This document shows positions 41,090 through 51,843 of a stretch of 64,000 nt of DNA, piece after piece. The position numbers were made by a program, and so were the translations under genes. Below the pieces are notes generated by a model. That model was not told the origin of the DNA, ran no database searches, and saw nothing but the letters and a program-made list of their open reading frames with translations. The stretch is from Balneolaceae bacterium (GTDB taxonomy: Bacteria > Bacteroidota > Rhodothermia > Balneolales > Balneolaceae): NCBI GenBank assembly GCA_040879905.1, contig JBBDJK010000152.1, positions 4,617 to 68,616 on the forward strand. Reading direction: 5' to 3'. The number at the start of each line of letters is the position of its first letter. Position 1 is the first letter of the stretch.

Positions 41090-41644
41090 TTAGTTTTGGT
41101 TCCGTTGAGTAGCTCTTTTATTGATCTCTTTTTGATGTTGTTTCTCATTTTGATATATCAAAACCAGATCTGCAATTTTTTTTAACATGGCTCTCTCCTC
41201 TTTGATCATCATATTAGTTAAATCAAAAAGTGAAAATTCCTCTCCATTTCTGTCCCTCAGTAATTTCTCCCAATCAATCAGCACAATTTTTGTGAGGATA
41301 TTTAAAAGAGCGGCCCTATGCTTTACAATTTTGTTGAGAACCCTTTGAATGTCATAAGGTTCTTCAGTCTCTTCAGTTGTAAACGTATCACGGTAGTTTT
41401 CAAAATCATTTAATTTCTGAATCCTATTCTCAAAGAGAACTTTTTCAATGATAGGTCTGAAATAGTGATGTTGAGCATGATCAATCAGGCGCAACATATT
41501 GAGAATGGAATACCCCTCGGGCGGATTTTCATCATAAGGTACGTTATCTATCAGATATTTAAGAGCTTCTGCTTCATCCTGAAGGTATGAAACATCATCA
41601 ATGAGTGAGCTCAGTACTTCGCGACTTAACGTCTGTTTAATCAT
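41090..41644 (-). CDS. DinB-like helical protein
   Basis: P.GYSI...L....HA pattern and R..L......DW. Confidence 0.55.
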   Translation of the reverse strand: MIKQTLSREVLSSLIDDVSYLQDEAEALKYLIDNVPYDENPPEGYSILNMLRLIDHAQHHYFRPIIEKVLFENRIQKLNDFENYRDTFTTEETEEPYDIQRVLNKIVKHRAALLNILTKIVLIDWEKLLRDRNGEEFSLFDLTNMMIKEERAMLKKIADLVLIYQNEKQHQKEINKRATQRNQN

Positions 41645-41656
41645 ATTAAGATTATC

Positions 41657-42346
41657 CTATACAGACCATATTGATGACGCTTTTGAAGCGTCGTTTCTCT
41701 TCTGTTGTTCTAATAGATCGACCAGCGACAAACCTGTGTTCCAGTCTTTATCTCTGTCTCTCACTGAATGAATATTGTTATCTTGTTGAAAATTCCAGAA
41801 TTGTCCGAATTGATTGTTTCGATACTCTTTCAGGTATTCAAGTCTTTCACTAACATCTTCTTTTGGTACTAACAGCCTCTGTTTATCGTAAACGGCATCT
41901 TCTCTGGATTCAAATACAATATCATAATCCTTACTCATAACAATTGCTTCTTCGGGACAAACTTCTTCACAAAATCCGCAATAGATACACCGAAGCATGT
42001 TTATTTCAAATTTTTCAGGGTATCTCTCCTTAGGATCATCATTTTCACTTGCCTGCATGCTTATGGCTAATGGTGGGCATGCACGTGCACATAATCCACA
42101 TGAAACGCAACGTTCCTGGCCGTCATCTTCCACGAGAACCGGCCTGCCACGAAATATTGCCGGCGGATCCCACTTCTCTTCCGGATAATTCAGTGTGAAT
42201 TGTGGGGCAAACATTTGTTTAAACGAATAGACCATCCCTCTAATTACTTCAGGTAAATAGATTTTCTCCAAAAAAGATAGTTTTCGTTCTCTATCATAGT
42301 CCTTACCTATTGAATTTGCTCCGGGTATTTCAAGGTTTTTCTGCAT
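41657..42346 (-). CDS. nuoI: NADH-quinone oxidoreductase subunit I (stand-alone)
   Basis: [32 protein letters not shown]. Confidence 0.93.
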   Translation of the reverse strand: MQKNLEIPGANSIGKDYDRERKLSFLEKIYLPEVIRGMVYSFKQMFAPQFTLNYPEEKWDPPAIFRGRPVLVEDDGQERCVSCGLCARACPPLAISMQASENDDPKERYPEKFEINMLRCIYCGFCEEVCPEEAIVMSKDYDIVFESREDAVYDKQRLLVPKEDVSERLEYLKEYRNNQFGQFWNFQQDNNIHSVRDRDKDWNTGLSLVDLLEQQKRNDASKASSIWSV

Positions 42347-42458
42347 GCTAAAGTCGGATTGTGATGTAATGTGGTATTGCGTTCGTATTCGATTATTTCA
42401 AATCTAAAATAACCCTTTAATTGGTTCGATTCAAAAGATTGTCTATAAAATTTACACA

Positions 42459-43769
42459 CTATTTTTGACGGAAAACCATCGTGATCGGTACACCTTCAAA
42501 TCCGAAATGATCACGTAATGTATTTTCTATAAATCGCCGATAGTTTGGTGGGAGTTCCTGAGGGTTGTTCATAAAAAATTTAAATACCGGTGGATTCGAT
42601 TTCACCTGTACGGCATACTGTATTTTGAGCTGTTTACCTCTCTTGACGGGGAGTTGTCTCTCTTTCAGAATTTTTTCAATAAATCGATTGAGTTCCGGTG
42701 TGGATATTTTCTTTTTACGCTGTTCGATCACTTTTTTTGATACTTCGATAACACGTTCGATTCTCTGGCCTGTTACGGCAGATATGGAGATAATGGGGAT
42801 ATAGCTGAGAGTTTGAACTTTACCATAGATGTATTCTTCAAATTCTTTCAGTAGATTGGTGTCTTTGTCCGGTACCAGGTCCCATTTATTTAAAGCGACC
42901 ACAATTCCTTTGTTAAACTTTTCAGCTTCTCGGAGTATTCGTTTATCCTGTTCATCAAATCCTTGCATGGCGTCCAGTATAAGAACCACAACATCCGCTT
43001 CTTTGATAGATCGATCTGTGCGTACTGTACTGTAAAATTCAATATTTTCTTTTACTTTTGCCTTTTTCCGAAGTCCGGCCGTATCCACGAGAATAAAGAC
43101 TTCACCGTTATAATTAAGCTGACTATTTACAGCATCCCGTGTTGTTCCCGGAATATCCGTAACAATACATCGGTCATTTTTTAAAAGTGCATTCATTAAA
43201 CTGCTTTTACCCACGTTTGGCCTTCCAACAAAAGCGATCTTTGGGTACCCCGGATCTTCAATTGCGTCGGGTTCATCCGGTATCAATTCTACCACTTTAT
43301 CAAGAAGCTCTCCTGTCCCGATACCACTGATAGACGACACCGGAAAGAGTTCATCAAAACCTAAACCATAGAATTCCACGCCTTCCATCCGTTTTTCTTC
43401 ATTATCACACTTGTTTACAACTAAAAGAACCGGTTTATCCTGTTTGCGTAAAATTTCAGCTACAGACCGATCGAGAGATGTAATTCCCGTTTCAGTATCA
43501 ACTACAAAGAGGATGACATCTGATTCAGTTAACGCCAGGTGAACCTGCTCCCGGATACCAGCTGTAATAACATCCTTTTCATCGGGTAAATACCCACCCG
43601 TATCGATCACAGAGAAATCTCTGCCATTCCAAAAACTCTCACCATAGTGACGATCCCGCGTTACCCCATAATCATCGTGGACAATGGCTTTTCGTCGCCC
43701 AATAAGCCTGTTAAAAAGTGTCGATTTACCTACATTGGGCCTGCCCACAATGGAAACTGTTGCTGACAT
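42459..43769 (-). CDS. der: Ribosome biogenesis GTPase Der
   Basis: Two GRPNVGKS G-domains, GVTRD/GTTRD, C-terminal KH-like domain. Confidence 0.97.
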   Translation of the reverse strand: MSATVSIVGRPNVGKSTLFNRLIGRRKAIVHDDYGVTRDRHYGESFWNGRDFSVIDTGGYLPDEKDVITAGIREQVHLALTESDVILFVVDTETGITSLDRSVAEILRKQDKPVLLVVNKCDNEEKRMEGVEFYGLGFDELFPVSSISGIGTGELLDKVVELIPDEPDAIEDPGYPKIAFVGRPNVGKSSLMNALLKNDRCIVTDIPGTTRDAVNSQLNYNGEVFILVDTAGLRKKAKVKENIEFYSTVRTDRSIKEADVVVLILDAMQGFDEQDKRILREAEKFNKGIVVALNKWDLVPDKDTNLLKEFEEYIYGKVQTLSYIPIISISAVTGQRIERVIEVSKKVIEQRKKKISTPELNRFIEKILKERQLPVKRGKQLKIQYAVQVKSNPPVFKFFMNNPQELPPNYRRFIENTLRDHFGFEGVPITMVFRQK

Positions 43770-43988
43770 GATTTTTTCCTAAAATACGATTGATTATTGG
43801 TACCTTCAGATATGAACACAATCTTTTCATACGAAGAATTGAACAACACTACTGCACTTTCCATTCATAAATAAGTTCAATATCAAAAATGAATTTTTTT
43901 AAATTGTTGAATAGAAAGTATTTTGTTTGGTAGCAGACAGAGTTCACAAATGAAACGTATACAAGTTAAGAATTTTTAGAGTAAGCTA

Positions 43989-44222
43989 ATGTTACAAACT
44001 CTTTATAACTATTTCGGTTTAATCGGATCGCTGATCATTGCATTTCTATCTTTTATGTTCTTCGTATTCTGGATGGCGGGTGTTGCAGGAATCTGCACAC
44101 GTGAACGTCCGGCTGTTCGGCAACTGATATTTTTAAGTTTAGCCATTTTTTTACCCATATACCCGGTTTTATGGGTTATAGCTGATATGATCAAACAGAA
44201 AAAAGAGCTGAGAAGACTTTGA
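43989..44222 (+). CDS. Small hypothetical membrane protein
   Basis: 77 aa, two TM segments and a basic tail. Confidence 0.65.
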   Translation: MLQTLYNYFGLIGSLIIAFLSFMFFVFWMAGVAGICTRERPAVRQLIFLSLAIFLPIYPVLWVIADMIKQKKELRRL

Positions 44223-44236
44223 TTGTTAGTAATATT

Positions 44237-46261
44237 TCAATTCACTTCATCTAATTTTATCCGGCTATTGGGCTCCTCTAATTGACTATTTTGTTCCTCT
44301 ATTAAAACCCAGGGTTCCAGCAATTGATCCGGAATTTCCTCTAAAAAACGGGAAGGATTGGAAAAATAATCACCGTATCTGCTTTGAAACAGAGCGGGAT
44401 ATGTAATAAAAAGATTCTCTTTTGCGCGTGTAATGGCAACATACATCAGCCGAATCTCTTCATCCATCTGATCCGGATCATCTATTGCATACCCTGATGG
44501 AATCACGCCATCGAGACATTGTATCAGGAAGACAGTGCTCCACTCAAGCCCTTTTGCCGAATGGATGGTACTTAGAATGAGTGGAGATTCATCTTTTTTG
44601 CCGGCTTCTGTATCTATTGCAGTCGCCTCAATTGGGTCGAGTGCGATCTCTTCAAGCATCGATTCAAGGGATCGATACGACCCTGAAATGTCTACAAATG
44701 TCTCGAGATCTTTCATTCGTTTTGGATAATCATCAAAACGTTTTTTGCAAAATATGGAATAATAGTCGACCACCACTTGAAGCTGCTCTGTGACTGAACC
44801 TGAACGATTTTTTAATGTTGTAAAGAGATCACCCAATGCTTTTAACTGAGTCAGATAACGTCCACTGACATTCGGTGCACGATCCGGCCGGAACGGATCT
44901 CCACCCTCTTGTTGAGCCCAAATAAAAAGCTCGTCAGCAGTTTTTGGCCCTATACCCTCGATAAGCATCAGAATTCTATTCCATGATATGGTATCCTTTG
45001 GATTCACCAAGACTCTTAAATGAGCCAGGACATCTTTCACATGAGCTGCTTCTGTAAATTTTTGCCCTCCATACTTGATATATGGGATATTTTTTCGATT
45101 AAGCATGACCTCCAGATCGAACGAATCTCGTCCGTTTCTAAACAAAACGGCCAGTTCGTGTAATTCACTTCCCTGTTCTCTCATATTCAGAATCATTTGA
45201 GTGATAAAACGACTTTGATCGTTCATATTGGCAGATTTAATCAAGCCGGGAAGGTCCCCCTCCTCTTTACGGGTAAAAAGTTTTTTATCAAATTTATGAC
45301 TCGCCAGATCGAGTATTTTGTTAGCTAAATCCAGTATCTGTTGTGTGGAACGATAGTTCTCTTCCAGTTTGATCAGCTTCGTTCCGGGAAAGATTTCCGG
45401 AAACTGCAACATATTTTTATGATCTGCCCCCCGGAATGAATAGATGCTCTGCGCATCATCACCTACAGCCATAATATTTTTATGAATGGAGCTGAAAAGT
45501 CTGGCAAGGTCTGCCTGAATGGAATTGGTATCCTGATATTCATCAACCAGTATATGATGATGTCCAGATGAAATCCGTTGATGGATATCCGGATTACGAG
45601 TCAGTAGATTCCTGGTTTTTACAAGGAGATCATCAAAATCCATCACATAATTTTGATCTTTATAATCCCCATATTGTTTAAAAAGAGTTTCAATTTTCTC
45701 TATATGAACTGTAAACTGAGGATAATCATCTTCAATTGTCTCTCTAATACTCTTCTGCTTATTGACCGATGAGCTAAAAAGTGAATAGAGTGTTGATTTC
45801 TTCGGAAAACGGCTTCTGTTTTTGGAGATATCCAACCGGCTTCTAATCAATTGAATCGTATCCATCGCATCAGATACGTCTATAATGGTAAAGTTTTCCG
45901 GATATCCAATTTTTGGAGCGTATTGATGCAGTAGTTTACTGCAATAGTGATGAAAAGTACCCCCCTCTACCCTTCTGCATCGTTCATCGAGAAGTTGACT
46001 GGCCCTTCTGAGCATTTCATGGGCTGCTCGTCTTGTAAACGTTAGAAGCAGGATTTGTGATGGATCCACTCCGCTTTCTACGAGTCTTGCTACACGATAA
46101 ACCAATGTCCGGGTTTTGCCGGTTCCCGCGCCCGCCACAAGCAGTGCCGGCCCGGTTTGATGCATCACTGCCTGATACTGAGCCTCGTTCAGGAGGTCTT
46201 CATAAGGAATGGAATACTCATTAGGTTGTGCGTCATCTTTAGAGAGTACAAACTTTTTCAT
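44237..46261 (-). CDS. UvrD/PcrA-family ATP-dependent DNA helicase
   Basis: AGAGTGKT, LTFT, VDEYQD, VGDDAQSIYSFRGA, ENYRS, STIHSAKGLEW, YVAITRA. Confidence 0.95.
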   Translation of the reverse strand: MKKFVLSKDDAQPNEYSIPYEDLLNEAQYQAVMHQTGPALLVAGAGTGKTRTLVYRVARLVESGVDPSQILLLTFTRRAAHEMLRRASQLLDERCRRVEGGTFHHYCSKLLHQYAPKIGYPENFTIIDVSDAMDTIQLIRSRLDISKNRSRFPKKSTLYSLFSSSVNKQKSIRETIEDDYPQFTVHIEKIETLFKQYGDYKDQNYVMDFDDLLVKTRNLLTRNPDIHQRISSGHHHILVDEYQDTNSIQADLARLFSSIHKNIMAVGDDAQSIYSFRGADHKNMLQFPEIFPGTKLIKLEENYRSTQQILDLANKILDLASHKFDKKLFTRKEEGDLPGLIKSANMNDQSRFITQMILNMREQGSELHELAVLFRNGRDSFDLEVMLNRKNIPYIKYGGQKFTEAAHVKDVLAHLRVLVNPKDTISWNRILMLIEGIGPKTADELFIWAQQEGGDPFRPDRAPNVSGRYLTQLKALGDLFTTLKNRSGSVTEQLQVVVDYYSIFCKKRFDDYPKRMKDLETFVDISGSYRSLESMLEEIALDPIEATAIDTEAGKKDESPLILSTIHSAKGLEWSTVFLIQCLDGVIPSGYAIDDPDQMDEEIRLMYVAITRAKENLFITYPALFQSRYGDYFSNPSRFLEEIPDQLLEPWVLIEEQNSQLEEPNSRIKLDEVN

Positions 46262-46433
46262 AGCCCTAAATTACATAAATCTTTGTATATGTAAAAAATA
46301 TGTTAAAGGTTCATCATACGAGTCGAAAATTTCAATACAGGGCGTAGGTACCTATTTGGTGTATAAAATAATATCCGGATTGGTCATGATGATTGTAGCC
46401 GTTCTTACGTGGCGATCTCATTATGAAGTGAGT

Positions 46434-46468
46434 GAGAAGGCAAAAGGCAGAAGGCAAAAGGCAGAAGG
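46434..46468. repeat. Heptamer tandem repeat (CARAAGG x5)
   Basis: gagaagg caaaagg cagaagg caaaagg cagaagg. Confidence 0.85.
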
Positions 46469-46472
46469 GATC

Positions 46473-48524
46473 TTAGTTGGATGTAATTGTAAATTGATCA
46501 CCTTCTTCGACTTTAAACTCAAGTTCACGGCTCAATTCTTGGCCGCTGATTAAATCTTTGATAACCCAGGTCATGGTGTAGTTGTTTTTTCCAAGCGGGA
46601 GGTTGTCGAATTCAAGGCTTTCGCGAAAATGTGTGGCAGCTGTTGTAAACTCAAGGGTCCCGCTTAAAAGATTGTTTGTTTGCCGCAGAAAGGATAACAA
46701 ACCCCCTTTGGGTTCAAACTGATACATAATTTCAAAGTGTGCAAATCCTGATGGATCTCTTTCAAGCCCAAAAAGCTCAAAATGGACCACCGGGTTTTGG
46801 TTTTCAGGTATGATTTGATCGTGCTTGATGATAAATGGAAACCGGGCTTCATCACGGTCGATCCGGTTGTAGCCAAATATCAGATCACTCATGACCAATT
46901 GTTGATCGCCCTCCCCCTCAAAATGTGATAAATGATCAAGTTGCCGTACCTCAACCCTGCCGAGACCTCTTAGTTCGTCTGGGAAAATTGAGGAGTTAAT
47001 CGGTTCGGATTCCGGATGCTGATTGTTCAGTTTGGAATAGAACACTTGATTGGCTCCGCTCCCTAAATAGGGAATATCTGTGATTGTGATCGTTGGCCGT
47101 TTCGCTTCATTTTCCAGGTGCATAATGGGTTTGTCTCGAATACGTCCAACCTGAACCGTATCCGAATTATACAGCTCCACTCCTTGCTCTAAACTGTACC
47201 ATTGGGATATCAAATGTATAATTTGAATCGAATCTATAGAAGCATCAAACATACTATCCAGATTTAAGGTCAGATCTTTCAAAAATGTAACGGTGGGCAG
47301 GGTTTCAATGAAAGTAATTAATATAGGCTGATTATTGTTATCAAACGATCTGTATTGATTAACATCGATCGGAATTTCAGGGATATGATCAAATGCAGCC
47401 GAATAATGAAGTGGCGCCTGCAATTGTCGTCTTGCTTCAATCTGATGATTGTTCGCCTTTAAATTTCTTGCCATGTTTTTCCATTCATAAATGGATCTTG
47501 GAATATTGGATACAAACAAATCTTTTTGGATCCGGTTATATGAATGCATAAAAACATCATCCTCAAACATTAAACGGCGATAAATAAGATATTGAGTTAC
47601 CAGTGCAGGTGAAATCATTAATGTTCCGGACCGATATTGCCCGAGAGGAATCCAATCATCGATGGAACCAACACGTTTAAATTGATTCTTATCGTGTTCA
47701 GAAAAATAGAGCACTATACTTTCATCCATATAGTCTCTTGCGCTCTGATAAACCCAGATATTCATTGTTGATGAGAATGGAACCTGACCCATGTAATCGA
47801 TTAATTTATAGGTGAATTTGTTCGCTCTTACACCAATATCTGTCATCGGAATATCTTTTTTTTCTTCCAACTTTAAGAAAAATTCAGTAACAAATTCGTT
47901 AATTTCACCTATGCTGAAATATAATGGTGGAGTCAATATTTTATCCGGTTCACCATATTTAATATAGGCTAAGCCTCTGTCGTCAACACCATTCGGGGAA
48001 TCCGGATTAGAATATTTTAAACAAGCTTCATGAACCCGAATACGATGTTCAATGAGACGTTCATTTGTTAAGGTGACAGGTGTCGGATCTAAATAATTCC
48101 AGATCTTTTGTAATTGTTCCCCTATTTCTTGAAGATCAGCTTCTCCGATTAGATTCAAATATTCTTTTTCATCAGATTCGTTCAAAAGTGAAACATATTT
48201 TAAATCGTCAAAAAGGACATCCATATCATTGTCCGTATGTAACCCACTTGTAAGTGCACGCAAATATTGTGCAGTAGCTGATTCAAACTCGTTTTTAAGA
48301 TTGTTTATGGCAACGGAATCCAGATTAGCAATTGCGACAGAGAGGCTTGGCAGATCATTTACTTCTATGAAAAGACTTGATGAAAATGAATAGCTTTTTG
48401 ACGAAGTAGTAAGAAATAAAATAGCAGTGAGGAGGACTGTAATTAACAGACACAACCGTTTAAACCCGCTGAAGGGACAAATATACTTAAACTTGAATGA
48501 GTTGTTATTGATTTGTAATAACAT
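46473..48524 (-). CDS. GWxTD-domain-like exported protein
   Basis: W..LDPTP.T..NE...EH..R...A...Y......GVDDRG..YIKYGEPD; C-terminal Ig-like region. Confidence 0.75.
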   Translation of the reverse strand: MLLQINNNSFKFKYICPFSGFKRLCLLITVLLTAILFLTTSSKSYSFSSSLFIEVNDLPSLSVAIANLDSVAINNLKNEFESATAQYLRALTSGLHTDNDMDVLFDDLKYVSLLNESDEKEYLNLIGEADLQEIGEQLQKIWNYLDPTPVTLTNERLIEHRIRVHEACLKYSNPDSPNGVDDRGLAYIKYGEPDKILTPPLYFSIGEINEFVTEFFLKLEEKKDIPMTDIGVRANKFTYKLIDYMGQVPFSSTMNIWVYQSARDYMDESIVLYFSEHDKNQFKRVGSIDDWIPLGQYRSGTLMISPALVTQYLIYRRLMFEDDVFMHSYNRIQKDLFVSNIPRSIYEWKNMARNLKANNHQIEARRQLQAPLHYSAAFDHIPEIPIDVNQYRSFDNNNQPILITFIETLPTVTFLKDLTLNLDSMFDASIDSIQIIHLISQWYSLEQGVELYNSDTVQVGRIRDKPIMHLENEAKRPTITITDIPYLGSGANQVFYSKLNNQHPESEPINSSIFPDELRGLGRVEVRQLDHLSHFEGEGDQQLVMSDLIFGYNRIDRDEARFPFIIKHDQIIPENQNPVVHFELFGLERDPSGFAHFEIMYQFEPKGGLLSFLRQTNNLLSGTLEFTTAATHFRESLEFDNLPLGKNNYTMTWVIKDLISGQELSRELEFKVEEGDQFTITSN

Positions 48525-48586
48525 AACTCACGTAATTGGGTACTCTTTTTTCTTAAAAAATAATATGATAAAAAAGGAAGTTTAAA

Positions 48587-49666
48587 TCAAAAACCTCCTG
48601 ATGGGTTAAAGTCAGATGGCAACAGATCAGCCATTCGCTCCAAAGCCCAGTCTCCATATAATATGACTTGATGTGGATTCATCAAATTACCGTAGTTGTC
48701 AACAAGTAGTACACTTAAGGAAGTAAAATCAATTTCTGATCGCAGTCGATTTCGATAACCAACGAGTAACGGTGTCTTTCGACTTGTTTCAACAAGAAAC
48801 ACCCATTGTTCTGTTTTGATGTTACTGCCATATCCCGATGCATGGCGTGTATTTACATGAGTGACTTCACCATTTTCAATATTGAATACTTCATCTGCCG
48901 TACCATTGATTAAACTTTGCAAAAAATGACTGAATGACCCGTCAAATGTCTTTTGCCTATTATTGACCCATGATTCCTGTTGTTCCGGTTCCATTTCTAC
49001 AAAACGAGTTCTGTGATAATAAGCCCCATAATCATTTTTTGTATCATAACTGAACGAAACCAGTTCTGTAAACAACTCATAACCCAGTGCATGATTGATA
49101 ATATGAAGTTCAGCCCCCGCAGTAGCAACAAGGTCTATTGTCTTTCTATTAACCGTGAATTCCAATACTTCAGGATTCATTATTTCAGTGTATCCGGCAT
49201 TTTCAGACTGCCCAAGAAAAGAACGTTTAAAAAGACTGTAATGTTCAAGCCACTCCAGATCCCTTCTTGCTTCGACTACTATATCATCAAATATGAAAGT
49301 TTCGATATCAAGACGCAGTTCGCCGAAATTTTTTCTGCCACCGGCTTCTATTTCAAATGGTAAAATCAACTGTTCATATCCCACATATCTCACGACAAGT
49401 TCATAGATACCCGGCGGAACATTATTCAGGGTAAATCTTCCATCCGAATCTGAAGCAATACCAATCGTGGTGCCTGAAAGGTATATGGCTGCCGAGATGA
49501 GCGGCAGGCTGGATTCATCATCGATCACTGTACCGGTAACTGTACCTGCCGATGTCTGAGCATTAGTATTTGTTGTGGAAAGCAGGAATAATGCAATGAG
49601 AATGTTGAACCATGTATAGGATCGGGTATTCCTGTCCATTCGATGCAATTTGAATTTCCTATCCAT
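48587..49666 (-). CDS. Exported protein with carboxypeptidase-regulatory-like domain
   Basis: VTGTVID....PL..A.I...GT..G..SD.DG.F, YVGY; F...FLG...NA....I.NP. Confidence 0.8.
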   Translation of the reverse strand: MDRKFKLHRMDRNTRSYTWFNILIALFLLSTTNTNAQTSAGTVTGTVIDDESSLPLISAAIYLSGTTIGIASDSDGRFTLNNVPPGIYELVVRYVGYEQLILPFEIEAGGRKNFGELRLDIETFIFDDIVVEARRDLEWLEHYSLFKRSFLGQSENAGYTEIMNPEVLEFTVNRKTIDLVATAGAELHIINHALGYELFTELVSFSYDTKNDYGAYYHRTRFVEMEPEQQESWVNNRQKTFDGSFSHFLQSLINGTADEVFNIENGEVTHVNTRHASGYGSNIKTEQWVFLVETSRKTPLLVGYRNRLRSEIDFTSLSVLLVDNYGNLMNPHQVILYGDWALERMADLLPSDFNPSGGF

Positions 49667-49678
49667 TTTCAGAAGTAT

Positions 49679-50146
49679 TTAGTTTGGTTTTTGGATAACC
49701 ACCTCTGTTTTAACCGAATTTGCGATAAAACATTGTGTATGAGATTCATGATGGATCTCTGATATCTCCTTTTTGGATGGTTGATTACTGCCTGAAAACG
49801 ATATTTCAGGACGTAAAATGACACGTTGCATAAATAATGTGCCGCCCTCTCCTTTTCCCATTTCTCCTACAGCCTGATCAATATAATGATCCACAACCCA
49901 ACCTCTTTTTGCGGCAATAGATAGAAAAAAGAGCATGTGGCAACTTGACAGTGAAGCAACAAACGCTTCCTCCGGATCAATGTTCTCTTCGATAGATAGT
50001 GGCAATGGAACCACATTTGGTGAAGCGGATGCAGGAATCTTTAAACCACCATCAAATAACCAATCATGGCCCCGGCTATATCTGTTGTCTGTGAAGGTTT
50101 GGTCTCTGTCGCGTGACCATTGAATGGTGGCTTTGTAAGTTGACAT
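49679..50146 (-). CDS. OsmC/Ohr family protein
   Basis: YSRGH, DPEEAFVASLSSCHML, CFIANSV. Confidence 0.92.
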   Translation of the reverse strand: MSTYKATIQWSRDRDQTFTDNRYSRGHDWLFDGGLKIPASASPNVVPLPLSIEENIDPEEAFVASLSSCHMLFFLSIAAKRGWVVDHYIDQAVGEMGKGEGGTLFMQRVILRPEISFSGSNQPSKKEISEIHHESHTQCFIANSVKTEVVIQKPN

Positions 50147-50192
50147 CGTAATAAAAGATAATGGATTTTAATTAGTGCATACGGAATTCCGG

Positions 50193-50615
50193 TTAATCAT
50201 TACCTACTACCTGAATAATGACCTCTCTTTTTCTGGGACGATTATCATGATCAATGATCACAATCTGCTGCCAGGTGCCTAAGATGCACTGATTATCACG
50301 AATGGGTACCGTAATTCCGGGTCCCATAAATGTGGATCGAATGTGTGAGAATCCGTTATCATCTCCCCATGTTTCGGAATGATGGGAACGCATATTCTGA
50401 GACGCAAAATCCTCCAGTTTTTCTCTCACATCTTTGACCAGTGCCGGTTCAAACTCCATTGTGGATACCGAGGCTGTGGAACCGACCGTGAAAATATGGC
50501 AAAATCCTTCTTTTATACCACTTTCATCGACAATAGAATTCACCCTAGCTGTTACATCATGAATATCCGAAAATCCTTTTGTACTGAGATAGATCTCTTT
50601 TGTAAAAATTTTCAT
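50193..50615 (-). CDS. yjbQ: YjbQ (UPF0047) family protein
   Basis: GSTAS, H.....DDNG.SH, LGTWQ. Confidence 0.9.
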   Translation of the reverse strand: MKIFTKEIYLSTKGFSDIHDVTARVNSIVDESGIKEGFCHIFTVGSTASVSTMEFEPALVKDVREKLEDFASQNMRSHHSETWGDDNGFSHIRSTFMGPGITVPIRDNQCILGTWQQIVIIDHDNRPRKREVIIQVVGND

Positions 50616-50735
50616 TTTTTTATGATATTAAACACCCATTATGGTTTAAAATATTGATAGGTTAAATCCTTCGCCGGAAATTCTACGTAATCTATATGGC
50701 CTGTTTTTTTTATATTTATAGGATTAATATGAGGA

Positions 50736-51539
50736 TCAGATTTCACTGAGAATTTCTTTGATCCATTCCCATGATTGATTGCGTGCAGTGATGTTTTCTT
50801 CAGAACCGTTCGGATCATCGCCCGTTCTCATGTATCCGTGTCCGGCACCTTCATATATACGATATTCGTAATATTTACCAAACGTATCCATCAACATTTC
50901 CGTCTCGGGAATCGTAGCGTTGATCCGTTGGTCATTCCCTCCATAGAAACCATACACAGGGCTCTCAATCTGTTCAATTCTCTCCTCATCCGTTGTCGCA
51001 TTTCCATAAAATACGAGTGCCGCAGATAGTTCATCTGAGTGGGTTGCAAACCTAAAACTCTGAGAACCTCCCCAACAAAACCCGGACACTACCACAATCC
51101 CGTTTGCTGCCGGAAGAGAAGTCACATAATTTTGAACGGCAATCAGATCCTGTGTGATACGATAAGGATCAAGCTCATAAAGGGCATCACGTGCAGCATC
51201 TTCATTGGCAAAATCTGATGTTCTGGAGTGATTCTCATCAAAATCTGATAACAAATCGGGTGCAATTGCAATATAACCGGCTGCTGCAATCTGATCAGCG
51301 AAACTTCTGACCCAATCAGTCAAACCCCGGTTTTCATGAATCACAATGACAGAAAGTGCATTTTCAGATACTTCAGGATATACAACAAAGCTGTTAATCG
51401 TTCTATCTCCGTCCATCACCTGCACCCATTCATGGTGGCGCGGTGATTCCTCCAGTTGTTCAAGTGCGTAATCCTGAGCATAGATGTTCTGTGATATAAA
51501 CAAGAGCAGTAGTATGGAGAATATTCCGATCTTTTTCAT
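50736..51539 (-). CDS. Dienelactone hydrolase family protein, exported
   Basis: Signal peptide; VIHENRGL, GFCWGG, GAGHG. Confidence 0.92.
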   Translation of the reverse strand: MKKIGIFSILLLLFISQNIYAQDYALEQLEESPRHHEWVQVMDGDRTINSFVVYPEVSENALSVIVIHENRGLTDWVRSFADQIAAAGYIAIAPDLLSDFDENHSRTSDFANEDAARDALYELDPYRITQDLIAVQNYVTSLPAANGIVVVSGFCWGGSQSFRFATHSDELSAALVFYGNATTDEERIEQIESPVYGFYGGNDQRINATIPETEMLMDTFGKYYEYRIYEGAGHGYMRTGDDPNGSEENITARNQSWEWIKEILSEI

Positions 51540-51843
51540 AATTAAATCGTTATTTGGATGAGATTTTAAAAGTTCTTGGTGTAAATGTAGTTATTAAATA
51601 GAATTTTTCAAGAAATCTTTCATTTTTGTTTCTGAATACGGTTTAGATTGTTGAATGTCAAAGCATTTGAAATTATTTAACATTTCGAAGGAGGTGGGTA
51701 TGGAATACTGATTTGAATTAGGAAGTTATATTCTGATCAATTTAAATGAAATAATTGTCAAAATTACAGGACAGAAAAGATCATCAATTTAATTGTTGAT
51801 TGACTTTATTCTCATATTGACATGATAAAACAATGTTCTCAAA

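Noticed and set aside
46209-46553. 114-aa + strand ORF containing KAKGRRQKAEG
   Set aside because: It overlaps two real genes antisense, and the motif is simply the translated heptamer repeat.
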